Origin: Bacteroidales bacterium
Lineage (GTDB): Bacteria; Bacteroidota; Bacteroidia; Bacteroidales; UBA1402
Direction: 5' to 3'
DNA: 64,000 bases
Assembly: GCA_045627385.1 (NCBI GenBank)
Contig: JAZQNO010000007.1
Span: 28,868-92,867 of the forward strand
The position numbers and the translations under genes were made by a program. Below the pieces are notes generated by a model. It made no database searches and was not told the DNA's origin. It worked only from the letters and a program-made list of their open reading frames with translations. Numbering within the stretch: position 1 is the first letter of the stretch; the number at the start of each line of letters is the position of its first letter. Shown here one piece after another: positions 19,092 to 27,943 of the stretch.

Positions 19092-21380
19092 TTAGAGGAT
19101 ATCGTCGATAAGATGGAATGCGCCGTCACTGTACGAGAAAGGCAGGCTGTGGAAGCGGGCCGTGTCGTGGAGCGAAGCCGCAGGTCTGGCCACACCTTCA
19201 CCATCCACGAAATTCACCGAAAGCGTATTGCCCAGATCGGTGATGTTGACCGAATAGGTGCCAGCCGTCTGATAAGTGCCGTTCGTCGTGCTTCCCGGAA
19301 ATGGATAGACGCTGAAAGGAGTCAGGTCGCTGGTGATGAAATAGCTTCTCAGATAGGCGGCCAGCTGCGTCTTGTTGGGAGAACCCGACAGGACGTAGGA
19401 GTCGCTGACCGAACATTTCGAACATCCGGGAATTTCTTTGATGCGGTTCTTGATGGCATCGTTCGTCGGAATGAACGCGATGAAGCGGGCATCGCCCATA
19501 ACCGTCTTGAGCACTTGGTCGGTGACAAGTCCAGCCTTCGTCAGCAGCTGGGAAAAAAGATAATAGGGATAGCTGTTGTCGTTGCAGACAGACAGGGTGC
19601 GGTTCAGACCGCCGTCGGAAGCCGGAGAGAACACGGCAGGTCCGCTGTAGGTGTAAGCCTTTCCGTTGTCCCAATCCAGTTGTGAGGCATCTTTGGCCAG
19701 AGGCGAGAAAGCGAAATAGATTTCATCCGTATAGGTCGGATTGAGTTGCTTGTTGAACAGGGCGCTGGTCGTAATCTTGCCATCCACCACATACCAGTAG
19801 TTGAAGGCTAGGTTGGTTTCGATTACTTGAAGGCCGCTCATCTTGAGTTCGCTGGCAGCGGATGACACGTTCATATTGACCAGATTGCGCATGGCAGACT
19901 CACTCATGGCCACATAGGTGCCATCATCGCCCAACACCTGCAGTTCGTGACCGCCGGCGATGGTTTCGAAGTGGATGTCGGCAGCGCGGAACTGAGCCGT
20001 ATCGGGAATCAGAGCGATGAACTGAGTCTTGTTGGAAGCCAAAGCCAGCAGCAGATTGGAACCGGACAGCGCATAGAGATACGGCAGGAAGCGGCGGTCA
20101 CGGAAAGCGCTGCCGATGACCGACGAGAAGATGGCTGGAGGCGTCATCTCATCCATACCGTACAAAGCGCCGTTGCAGCACATCTGGCGCCAAGTCACCT
20201 TGTCGGGATCGATATTGATAGGCGTGCCGTATTGGGTCAGCACCTTGCCGTTGCGGATTTCTTCGGGAAAGACCACCAGTTCGTCGATTCCGAATGACTG
20301 ACCGATGAAATAGTTCAAGATGAGGGGGTCAAGTTCTTCCAGACTGCCATAGCCGCAACCGGGTTTCCAATACGAGGTGAAGAAATTGTCGATGGCGTCA
20401 TTGGAAGGGGCGAAGATGTTGTAGCCTTTCAGCGAAAGGGTCTGCATGTCCTTGAAATCGTTGGAGGGCCATTCGCTGGCGATGTTGGCGATCGAATTGG
20501 TCGGCACGTAGACGGGACTGCCGTTGCCGAAGTCCGTCGTCAGTTCGTCGTTGGTCACATACTGGCTGTAGCTGTCGAACAGATTGAAGAACTGGGAATA
20601 CTCGGGATTGTTCTTCAGTTCCGTATGAAGCGTTTCCATCGGGCGCAGCACTTTGTCGACATGATAGAGATAACCGTTGTCGGTCACCACATTCTCGTTG
20701 TCCTTGACCGATGCGTTGGCCACGTTGAAACCGTCGGTCTGACCTTCGTGGGAGTCACCCGTCCAGACGGTACCCGGAAAGAAATATTCGTAATTGTACT
20801 TGGGATCGATACCCTTCGTGGCAAACAGCATCGTGTTGAATACCGGGATGAAGCGCTCGTAATGGTATACTTTGACCGAATCGTCGCCCGTCCATTCCAG
20901 CGAAATCGGGTCGTTGGAATGAGTACGGAACTTGTAGTAGCATCCGGCATTCACCAAACGTTGGTCAGCCGTGGCCTCGTCGCCTTCCTGCGGACGGAAG
21001 TTAACCAGATTGTCCCACTTGAACGCATAATACAACAGGTGGAAGCCCACCATTTTCTTCACTTCTTCAGGACGGGCGGCATACATCGCTTCGATGTCGC
21101 TGTAGCCTTCTTCCTGAAGATAGGCCGCAAAGGCCTCGTCGTCGGGAGCCATCACGGTGAGGATGGACTTGCCCGAAACCATCGGCTTGTAGCCGGACAG
21201 GTCGATGGCACGCAGGAAGATGCTGTAGTTGCCCTCTTTTTCGAGCACCTCGTAAGCACTTCCCTTCAGCCAATCCGGCACTGCATAATGCGGATCGTCT
21301 GCCAGGCTCTCGTTACACGAGCAAATAGGCAGCATCAGCACCACGGCCAGAAGACCCGAAAGGATACTTGATCTCTTCAT
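19092..21380 (-). CDS. multi-FAS1 (fasciclin) domain lipoprotein
   Basis: Lipobox LPICSCN. It has four H1-like motifs (ILTVMAPDDEAF, YNIFAPSNDAIDNF, FIALIPDTAQF, FIAFIPTNDAIKN) and H2-like GYLYHVDKVL. Confidence 0.8.
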   Translation of the reverse strand: MKRSSILSGLLAVVLMLPICSCNESLADDPHYAVPDWLKGSAYEVLEKEGNYSIFLRAIDLSGYKPMVSGKSILTVMAPDDEAFAAYLQEEGYSDIEAMYAARPEEVKKMVGFHLLYYAFKWDNLVNFRPQEGDEATADQRLVNAGCYYKFRTHSNDPISLEWTGDDSVKVYHYERFIPVFNTMLFATKGIDPKYNYEYFFPGTVWTGDSHEGQTDGFNVANASVKDNENVVTDNGYLYHVDKVLRPMETLHTELKNNPEYSQFFNLFDSYSQYVTNDELTTDFGNGSPVYVPTNSIANIASEWPSNDFKDMQTLSLKGYNIFAPSNDAIDNFFTSYWKPGCGYGSLEELDPLILNYFIGQSFGIDELVVFPEEIRNGKVLTQYGTPINIDPDKVTWRQMCCNGALYGMDEMTPPAIFSSVIGSAFRDRRFLPYLYALSGSNLLLALASNKTQFIALIPDTAQFRAADIHFETIAGGHELQVLGDDGTYVAMSESAMRNLVNMNVSSAASELKMSGLQVIETNLAFNYWYVVDGKITTSALFNKQLNPTYTDEIYFAFSPLAKDASQLDWDNGKAYTYSGPAVFSPASDGGLNRTLSVCNDNSYPYYLFSQLLTKAGLVTDQVLKTVMGDARFIAFIPTNDAIKNRIKEIPGCSKCSVSDSYVLSGSPNKTQLAAYLRSYFITSDLTPFSVYPFPGSTTNGTYQTAGTYSVNITDLGNTLSVNFVDGEGVARPAASLHDTARFHSLPFSYSDGAFHLIDDIL

Positions 21381-21425
21381 AGTGAACAGGTTGATTGGTT
21401 TTTATTGATTATATTGTCTGATTTG

Positions 21426-24400
21426 TCACATCATCACTTTTTCCACTCTGACTTTTCCGTCGGGATAGACGGAACGTCTCAGCAACAGACGGGCTCTGCC
21501 GTCGGAAGCGCCGGAGACAGGCTGTCCGGCCAGATCGAAATATTCGACCCGTTCGGGCTCGGCCAGCGTTTCATCAAGACCCGTGTAGGACTCGTTCCTT
21601 ATATATACTTTTCCGGTCGTCAGCAGTTGGGAAAGGTCCCACTTCTGTCCGGGAGCCGGAATCTCAGGTTCCACCGCCTGGATGGAGCCGCCGAGCGTCA
21701 CACCGCTGGGAATGGTGAATATGGCGAATGAACTGTTTTCGGGGATGGCGATCGACACTTCCGTCATGTTCAGACGCAGCGTACCGTTGAGCGTGGAGTT
21801 GGCTCCGAATTTGATTTTCGGACAGCTGTTCAGGGTTTCCTTGCGATAGAGGGGCACCTCGATGACAGACCCTGAATTCAGTGTGGCACCGCCGTTGAGC
21901 GTCAGGACATCCGACTTGTTGAACAGCGTGTCTCCCACCTGGATGCGACCGCCGGCGTTGGCCGTCACACGGCCTGCAACAGAGCCCTTACCGCTGAGCG
22001 TACCGCCGTCGTTGACAGTGACCGCTCCGGTACCGGTCAAAGATCCGTTCACCACCAGACGTCCTTCGTTGACGGTCGTCGTGCCGCTGTAGATGTTCTT
22101 GCCGGTCAGACGCCAGTCGCCGCGACCTTCTTTGACAATGCTCACCTTGGCGTTGTGACCGCTGGCCGAGCAGCGGTTGTCGATGACACCGGCGAAAGTC
22201 TCGTCGGTATTGGCACCGCCCACAATCCAAGTCATGGTGGTGTTGTCGGTATTCTTGCTGGCGCCAGACAGATAAGTCGACGATGTTCCCGACAGGCCGC
22301 CCAGACGATAGGTGGCACCGGCCTTCCAGCAGATGACACGGGTGTTTCCTTTGAGTTCGACCACGGCATTGCGGATACCGGCACCGTTGTAAAGCATCAG
22401 TTGGGTGCCGTCCTTTTCGGTACCGACTCCGTCGGCTATCAGACGGCCGTCGAAATCGTCCCAGTTGCCGGTGACATATTCGCGGACATAAGGAATCTTG
22501 AAACACAGGTTGCCCGATCCGCTGATTTTCGAAGCGATTGAGCAGTTTCGGTTGGGGGCGATGACAGAAGTGAATCCTTCCTCGACACGGATGGGAAAAC
22601 TGTAGGTCTCGTAATTGGAGGATTCACCTTTGGTTTTCAACGTGCCTCCGGCGAGCACTAGAGCCGATGAAGACCCGATTCCCTTTTTGGAAATGTCCGT
22701 GGTGCTGAGATAAAGCGTGGAAGCCTCTTCCAGACGGGTTTCGCCCGAATAGGCGAAAAAGTCCGTCGTGCCGACCGTCACCTGACCTCCGCGGAGCACG
22801 AGCCCTCCGTTGCCTTCCAGGCTGCCGTTCATCGTGACGGTACTGCCGGCCGTCTGCTCGAAGGTGGTGGTGCGGTAGATTTTGGCACTGCGGTTGGTGG
22901 AAGTGTTGCCGCCGGTATACTGCCAGACGCCGCCGTCCCAGATCCAATTCTGGGCGAATTCCTGCGAAGCGCCGATACTGCTGGCCACGCCGCCGTCCTT
23001 GAGAGAAGACAGTTTGACCGTTCCGTCGTGGACAACCGTCGCACCCGTATAGGTATGTGCCGCTGACCCCATATCGAGACAGCCCTTGCCGAATTTGTTC
23101 ATCGAAGCCTTGCCTCCGATGGCGGCACCGGCGAAGATCACCTGATAATCTTCGGAAATCACCACATCAGAGGGAGCCAAAGCCGATTCCACCGTCACGG
23201 TTACATCCTGTTCGGGGGCGATCAGCACCGAAGAACTGTCCTGATAAAGGCCTTCGGTCCAGTTGTCACTGGTGAGATTCCACACTCCGCTTGCGGTTGC
23301 CCATGTGTAATCGGGAGCGTATGAGGCCAATTCGATCATCGGCACATATTCCGGCTGAGTCTTCACGTCGGACAGTTGAGCATAGTCGGAAAAGACACCT
23401 TTGTCTGAACGGTATGCCCTGACACGGAACGAATAGGCCGTTGCCGGCTCAAGAGAAGTGACGGTATAGCGCACCGAGCCGGCCGTGGGACCGGCATTCT
23501 TTCCGGCAGCGGCATTGGAACTGCTCTTCATGCGGTAGTCATTGGCCGGGATGCGGACAAGTTCCACATAATCGCCGCCTTTGAGCTGTTCCACCGCATA
23601 GCCGTCCTCCCCTTCCGCATAGTCGCGCCAGTTCAGCGTAAGGCTGTTTTGTGTGGACTCTTCCAAAGAGAGGCAGAAAGGGACACGCAGGAAAAACTCG
23701 CGGTCTTCCACCTTGATGCCGTTGATGTAATTTTCGATATTGGCATAGCCGTTGGCCGCTTTCACCATAGCGTCGTCTTTGGTCGGATCGGTGCCGTTGG
23801 CGGTCTCCCAGGCGTCAGGCATGCCGTCGCCATCGGAGTCGGCGGGACGAGCGAAAGATTTGTGGGCCCAGGAAGTGGGAATACCGATGGGCAATTGGGA
23901 TTCATTGGAAATCAGTGCGCCTTCCTTTCCGAAAGAACGCAATTCGCCAATAACGTAGAAATCGACCGGATCGCGATACGGCAGGCTGGCACCGACCATA
24001 GGCAGCAGACTGTCTATCAATTCATTGCCCTTCCAAGCCGGAAGCGCCGGATAGTCGTAGGGTTGGTCCATGAATGTCGGCGGACCGGAATACTCGCCGT
24101 TCGGAATCAGATATGGATCGAAATTGCCGTCGCGGTTCTTGTCCTGCCAGTTGTCGGCCGCATAGATGTGGAAATTGGCATTGCCGCCCGTGAAAGCGTT
24201 TCCGCCAACGGCCGGACCGTTGACGAACAGGTTGTTCGTGGCATTGCAATAGCTCAGGCCTTCCGAATCGCCGCCCATCAGATAACAGCCGTTCTTCCAG
24301 TTGTAGACGATGTTGTTCACATACTGGTTGGTACCCTTGATCTTGTTGTTTCGGGTCGAATTGTCCACATAGAGATTGCGGTACAGGCTGATGTGGTCGG

Positions 24401-24980
24401 CTTGCATCAGACCGCCGGCCGAATGGGTCATCAGACCCTGACTCATGATGGAATTCTGGATGGTGATGTCGCCCAACGAACCTTTTCCGTCGGAATTGAT
24501 GCTGAACGTTTCGTCCAAGCCCCAACTCACGCTCAAATGGTCGAAAATCATATCGGTCCCATTGGATACGCCAGCCGCATCCTTTCCACTGTCACCATCA
24601 GATCCCATGCGAAAACGAATGTAACGCACGATGATATTGTTAGCACCGGAAAAACTGACACCATTGCCATAAACCGTAATACCTTCACCGGGAGCGGTCT
24701 GCCCGGCCACATACAGATTTGGCGAGAAAACCAAACGGCTCTGAAGTCGGATGACACCCGAAACATCGAAAACGATGATACGATTGGGTGCACTGACGGC
24801 ATCGCGCAAGGAACCGGCACCGCTGTCGGATAGATTGGTCACATGGTATACAGATCCGTTGCGGCCACCGACCGCATAACGTCCGAAACCTTCGGCGCCC
24901 GGGAAAGCGGGAAGGTCGGAGGCCTGCACGCTCAAGCAGCACAAGCCTGCAATAAAGGTTAAAATAAGCTTTCTTTTCAT
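21426..24980 (-). CDS. PL1-like pectate lyase fused to an FN3-like domain, PATR-type beta-strand repeats and a T9SS C-terminal sorting domain
   Basis: N-terminus FPGAEGFGRYAVGGRNGSVYHVTNLSDSGAGSLRDAV followed by parallel beta-helix-like repeats. Ca-binding-like DSDGDGMPDAWETANGTDPTKDD. Repeats such as YTGATVVHDGTVKLSS, YSGTTTVNEGRLVVNGSL and VTVNDGGTLSGKGSV. The tail is EYFDLAGQPV...GKVRVEKVMM. Confidence 0.75.
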   Translation of the reverse strand: MKRKLILTFIAGLCCLSVQASDLPAFPGAEGFGRYAVGGRNGSVYHVTNLSDSGAGSLRDAVSAPNRIIVFDVSGVIRLQSRLVFSPNLYVAGQTAPGEGITVYGNGVSFSGANNIIVRYIRFRMGSDGDSGKDAAGVSNGTDMIFDHLSVSWGLDETFSINSDGKGSLGDITIQNSIMSQGLMTHSAGGLMQADHISLYRNLYVDNSTRNNKIKGTNQYVNNIVYNWKNGCYLMGGDSEGLSYCNATNNLFVNGPAVGGNAFTGGNANFHIYAADNWQDKNRDGNFDPYLIPNGEYSGPPTFMDQPYDYPALPAWKGNELIDSLLPMVGASLPYRDPVDFYVIGELRSFGKEGALISNESQLPIGIPTSWAHKSFARPADSDGDGMPDAWETANGTDPTKDDAMVKAANGYANIENYINGIKVEDREFFLRVPFCLSLEESTQNSLTLNWRDYAEGEDGYAVEQLKGGDYVELVRIPANDYRMKSSSNAAAGKNAGPTAGSVRYTVTSLEPATAYSFRVRAYRSDKGVFSDYAQLSDVKTQPEYVPMIELASYAPDYTWATASGVWNLTSDNWTEGLYQDSSSVLIAPEQDVTVTVESALAPSDVVISEDYQVIFAGAAIGGKASMNKFGKGCLDMGSAAHTYTGATVVHDGTVKLSSLKDGGVASSIGASQEFAQNWIWDGGVWQYTGGNTSTNRSAKIYRTTTFEQTAGSTVTMNGSLEGNGGLVLRGGQVTVGTTDFFAYSGETRLEEASTLYLSTTDISKKGIGSSSALVLAGGTLKTKGESSNYETYSFPIRVEEGFTSVIAPNRNCSIASKISGSGNLCFKIPYVREYVTGNWDDFDGRLIADGVGTEKDGTQLMLYNGAGIRNAVVELKGNTRVICWKAGATYRLGGLSGTSSTYLSGASKNTDNTTMTWIVGGANTDETFAGVIDNRCSASGHNAKVSIVKEGRGDWRLTGKNIYSGTTTVNEGRLVVNGSLTGTGAVTVNDGGTLSGKGSVAGRVTANAGGRIQVGDTLFNKSDVLTLNGGATLNSGSVIEVPLYRKETLNSCPKIKFGANSTLNGTLRLNMTEVSIAIPENSSFAIFTIPSGVTLGGSIQAVEPEIPAPGQKWDLSQLLTTGKVYIRNESYTGLDETLAEPERVEYFDLAGQPVSGASDGRARLLLRRSVYPDGKVRVEKVMM

Positions 24981-25001
24981 GAATCGAAGAAAAATTGGTA
25001 A

Positions 25002-25028
25002 GGGAAGGGTCTTATCAGGACCCTTCCC
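25002..25028 (-). terminator. intra-locus hairpin (weak terminator or processing site)
   Basis: Perfect 10-bp stem GGGAAGGGTC / GACCCTTCCC with a 7-nt loop. On the minus strand it is followed by UUACCAAUUUUU, an interrupted U tract. Confidence 0.4.
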
Positions 25029-25045
25029 CCAAAAAGTTCGTCAAC

Positions 25046-27874
25046 TTACTTGACAAACACTTTTTCAACGCTCACGCTGCCATCCTCGTGAATATTTCTG
25101 ACGATGGTAATGCCCTGATGGGCAGGAGCGGACATGCGGATACCGTTGAGGTTGTAGTACTCACGGCGCAGGATTTCAGACTTGGCAGTCTCGATGCCTT
25201 CGACATCTTCACCGGTGTTGTAGACGATGATGTCATAGACAGCCAGCTTCGTGCCGCCACCCGACTGTTTGACGCGGATGTAAACGGGATCGGTGCCTTC
25301 GTAAGACGTGCGGCTCTTGGTCCAGAAACGCTTGTAGGCAGATACGTACATCGTATCTACGGAAGTCCAGTTTTCACCGTCGGTCGAAACCAGCACAGCC
25401 AGATGCAGCTGAGCACCGTCGCTGTTGTTGTTACCCAGGTTGACTTCGATGTCGAACGGACCGCGATAACGGGTAACCGTCTGAATGAAGGCATTGTAGC
25501 CTTCACCGCTGTAGCATGATTGGAAGGTGATGTGGTTCTTGGTGACCTCACCGATCAGATCGGTAGGCTTGTCGCAATAGTAGTTGGCGTCGCCACCCTG
25601 ACCGACAAGCAGTACGGGAACGGTGTTCTCCCACTGGATCTGCTGACCCATGGTGGAGAGGAACCAGCCGTCGTTGAATTCGTTGGTAGCGCTATTTTTG
25701 GCATAGAATACCATCGGCTGACGCAAGTTATAATTGTAAGTGGTGTCCTGACCGTTAACGAGGGTGTCGATCGACTCGTACTGAGACATGGCGCTCTTAC
25801 CCATGTAATAAGCAACCTTGTTGTTTCCACCGGAGGTATCCCAATACCAGTCATCGGTGTTGGCGTCGAAATGAATCACTTTCTTGTTGCGGAGAGTGGC
25901 CGTGTCCAGACCGGCAATTTCAATTTCCTTAGCGACCAGCTCGGAAGCGACATAGTTTCCGCCGGAAGCGAATGCGTAGATTGTCACAGGGCTGGCGAAT
26001 ACCAGAGGCTCTGAATATGTGCCGCCGGCCTTGATGTCGGTGCTGTTGATGAAGTTGTAGTAGATGACGGCATCGGCGGTTTCACAAGAGATGGAAACGA
26101 CAGCCTTGCCATCCTGCTGTTCAACCGTGATGACGGGATCGGCAGCCTTCGAATAGACATTGATGACAGCGGAAGCGATGGGGCTGTTGTCGTTGCCCTG
26201 CTTGACGGCGATAGCCTTGACAACCGTCGAATCGGCGGTCACTTCAATCGTGTCGGAATACAGCGTGCTGGCCTCGGTAGGATCGGTTCCGTCCAGAGTG
26301 TAATAGATGGAAGCGTCAGCGGTTCCGGTAGCCAGAACCACATAAGTCTTCTGATTGTCGTAAATCTGCGAAATCGACGGAGTGGCACAGGGAGAAACTT
26401 TCGACTTGGTGGCGGCAACAACGTCGATAGCGTTGTTGATCAGCGTCATAGCATTGTCGGAAAGGTTGGTTTCTCCTTCAACGAAGATAGCGTCGTAGGA
26501 AATCGGAATCAACATGTAGGTGTTCTTCTTTCCGTGACGGTGGATTGCGGTGAAGGTTCCGGCAGGACCGGTAGCGGTAGCCAGCACTTCATCGCCGTCG
26601 AACAGACCGCCTTCCTTGAAGGTGCAGGCCTGGACCAGATTCTTCTTGATAGTCTCAGGATCTGAGTAGATGAACATGTCGATGATGCTGTCTTCCTCGA
26701 AAGCGATGTCGGCGAAGAGAGGATCTTCAAGATACTCGCCATTGACATTGATCAGAGAAATACCGCCGTCGTTGGCAGCCTTGCTGGTGAGGTTATTACC
26801 GGTACCTACGCCCCAACGGCCGTCGGCATAGAAGAAGCTCTTGAAGTTGAGCATGGGGACACGGTTGACCAGAGTGACCAGTTGAGCGGCAAATTTGTGC
26901 TTGCCGTCGATGGCTTCGGAAACGACAACCAGGTCATACTCCTGGAGAGCTTCCAACACCTGTACGCTGTCGGCAGTGAGGTTGGTGATGTCGATGGCAG
27001 TGGCATTCTGCTCGGCAATCTTGGAATTGTTAAAAACGGGATCGTTTTCCAGACCGCAGTAACCGCTGTAACCGGCCGTGTAAAGATATGCGATGTTCAG
27101 GTCTTCTTCGGGACCGAAATCAGCCTGACCCATCACATAGTTGACGGCATTGACAATAATCTTCTGGCCGTTGGCGTTGGCCGTCGTGATAAGGTCGCTC
27201 GACATGCCCACCAGCACATACTTGTAGTCGCCGGCATTGGCGATTTCGTGCACGCAGACATGGTTGTCGGAAGTGGTGCGGGCATAGTACTTGTCGGGTT
27301 CAGCCTCAAGAAGGCTTCCGGCAATGACGGCACCGGCATCGAAACCCTGAACCATGTTGCTCGAAGTCATCGTACCGTCGTAGAGGGAGATGCTTCCGTC
27401 AGCGTTGGCATCCAGACCTGCGAAGATGGGATGCGTTTCGAAACCTTCGGAAATGTTTAACGACGGGCACTTGGTGCTGGGGTTCTTCGGGGTGGCCCAG
27501 TTCCAACGTCCGGACGTGTAGTTGAAGGCTTTCATCGAAACCACAGGAACGGTTCCGACAAGTTTCACCAGACCGTTGGACAGTGTCGTGTTGCCTTTCA
27601 TGGCTTCAGAGAGCACGACACAGTCGTAGGTCTTCAGCGTTTCATAATCGGCTTCCGTGGCATCGGCCTGAGGCAGGGTGGTCACATCGAATGTGGCGGC
27701 AAGAGCCTGATAGATAGGGTCAGCCGTGGGAGTGTAACCTGCGGAGAGATCGTTCACCCAGCAGAATGTACCAGCTCCGTAGCCTTCTACATAGAGAAAA
27801 GCCACCTTCTTGGCTGCGAAGGCAGAGCCCAGACACAGGACTGCCAGAATCACAACAGATAAGATTTTTTTCAT
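25046..27874 (-). CDS. secreted multidomain protein of unknown function with a T9SS sorting tail
   Basis: Signal peptide. Two homologous modules of about 230 aa (KKVAFLYVEGYG..YDCVVLSEA..VPVVSMKAFNYTSGRW versus LNIAYLYTAGYSG..YDLVVVSEA..VPMLNFKSFFYADGRW). Two chitobiase/FN3-associated-like segments (IYYTLDGTDPT, IYYNFINSTD). The C-terminal tail is REYYNLNGIRM..GSVSVEKVFVK. Confidence 0.7.
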   Translation of the reverse strand: MKKILSVVILAVLCLGSAFAAKKVAFLYVEGYGAGTFCWVNDLSAGYTPTADPIYQALAATFDVTTLPQADATEADYETLKTYDCVVLSEAMKGNTTLSNGLVKLVGTVPVVSMKAFNYTSGRWNWATPKNPSTKCPSLNISEGFETHPIFAGLDANADGSISLYDGTMTSSNMVQGFDAGAVIAGSLLEAEPDKYYARTTSDNHVCVHEIANAGDYKYVLVGMSSDLITTANANGQKIIVNAVNYVMGQADFGPEEDLNIAYLYTAGYSGYCGLENDPVFNNSKIAEQNATAIDITNLTADSVQVLEALQEYDLVVVSEAIDGKHKFAAQLVTLVNRVPMLNFKSFFYADGRWGVGTGNNLTSKAANDGGISLINVNGEYLEDPLFADIAFEEDSIIDMFIYSDPETIKKNLVQACTFKEGGLFDGDEVLATATGPAGTFTAIHRHGKKNTYMLIPISYDAIFVEGETNLSDNAMTLINNAIDVVAATKSKVSPCATPSISQIYDNQKTYVVLATGTADASIYYTLDGTDPTEASTLYSDTIEVTADSTVVKAIAVKQGNDNSPIASAVINVYSKAADPVITVEQQDGKAVVSISCETADAVIYYNFINSTDIKAGGTYSEPLVFASPVTIYAFASGGNYVASELVAKEIEIAGLDTATLRNKKVIHFDANTDDWYWDTSGGNNKVAYYMGKSAMSQYESIDTLVNGQDTTYNYNLRQPMVFYAKNSATNEFNDGWFLSTMGQQIQWENTVPVLLVGQGGDANYYCDKPTDLIGEVTKNHITFQSCYSGEGYNAFIQTVTRYRGPFDIEVNLGNNNSDGAQLHLAVLVSTDGENWTSVDTMYVSAYKRFWTKSRTSYEGTDPVYIRVKQSGGGTKLAVYDIIVYNTGEDVEGIETAKSEILRREYYNLNGIRMSAPAHQGITIVRNIHEDGSVSVEKVFVK

Positions 27875-27943
27875 AAGCTTTTGTTTGAAAAGGTTGATAA
27901 GAAAAATAGATGATGATTTCTTGAAAGTTTGTCATAAAGCGGC

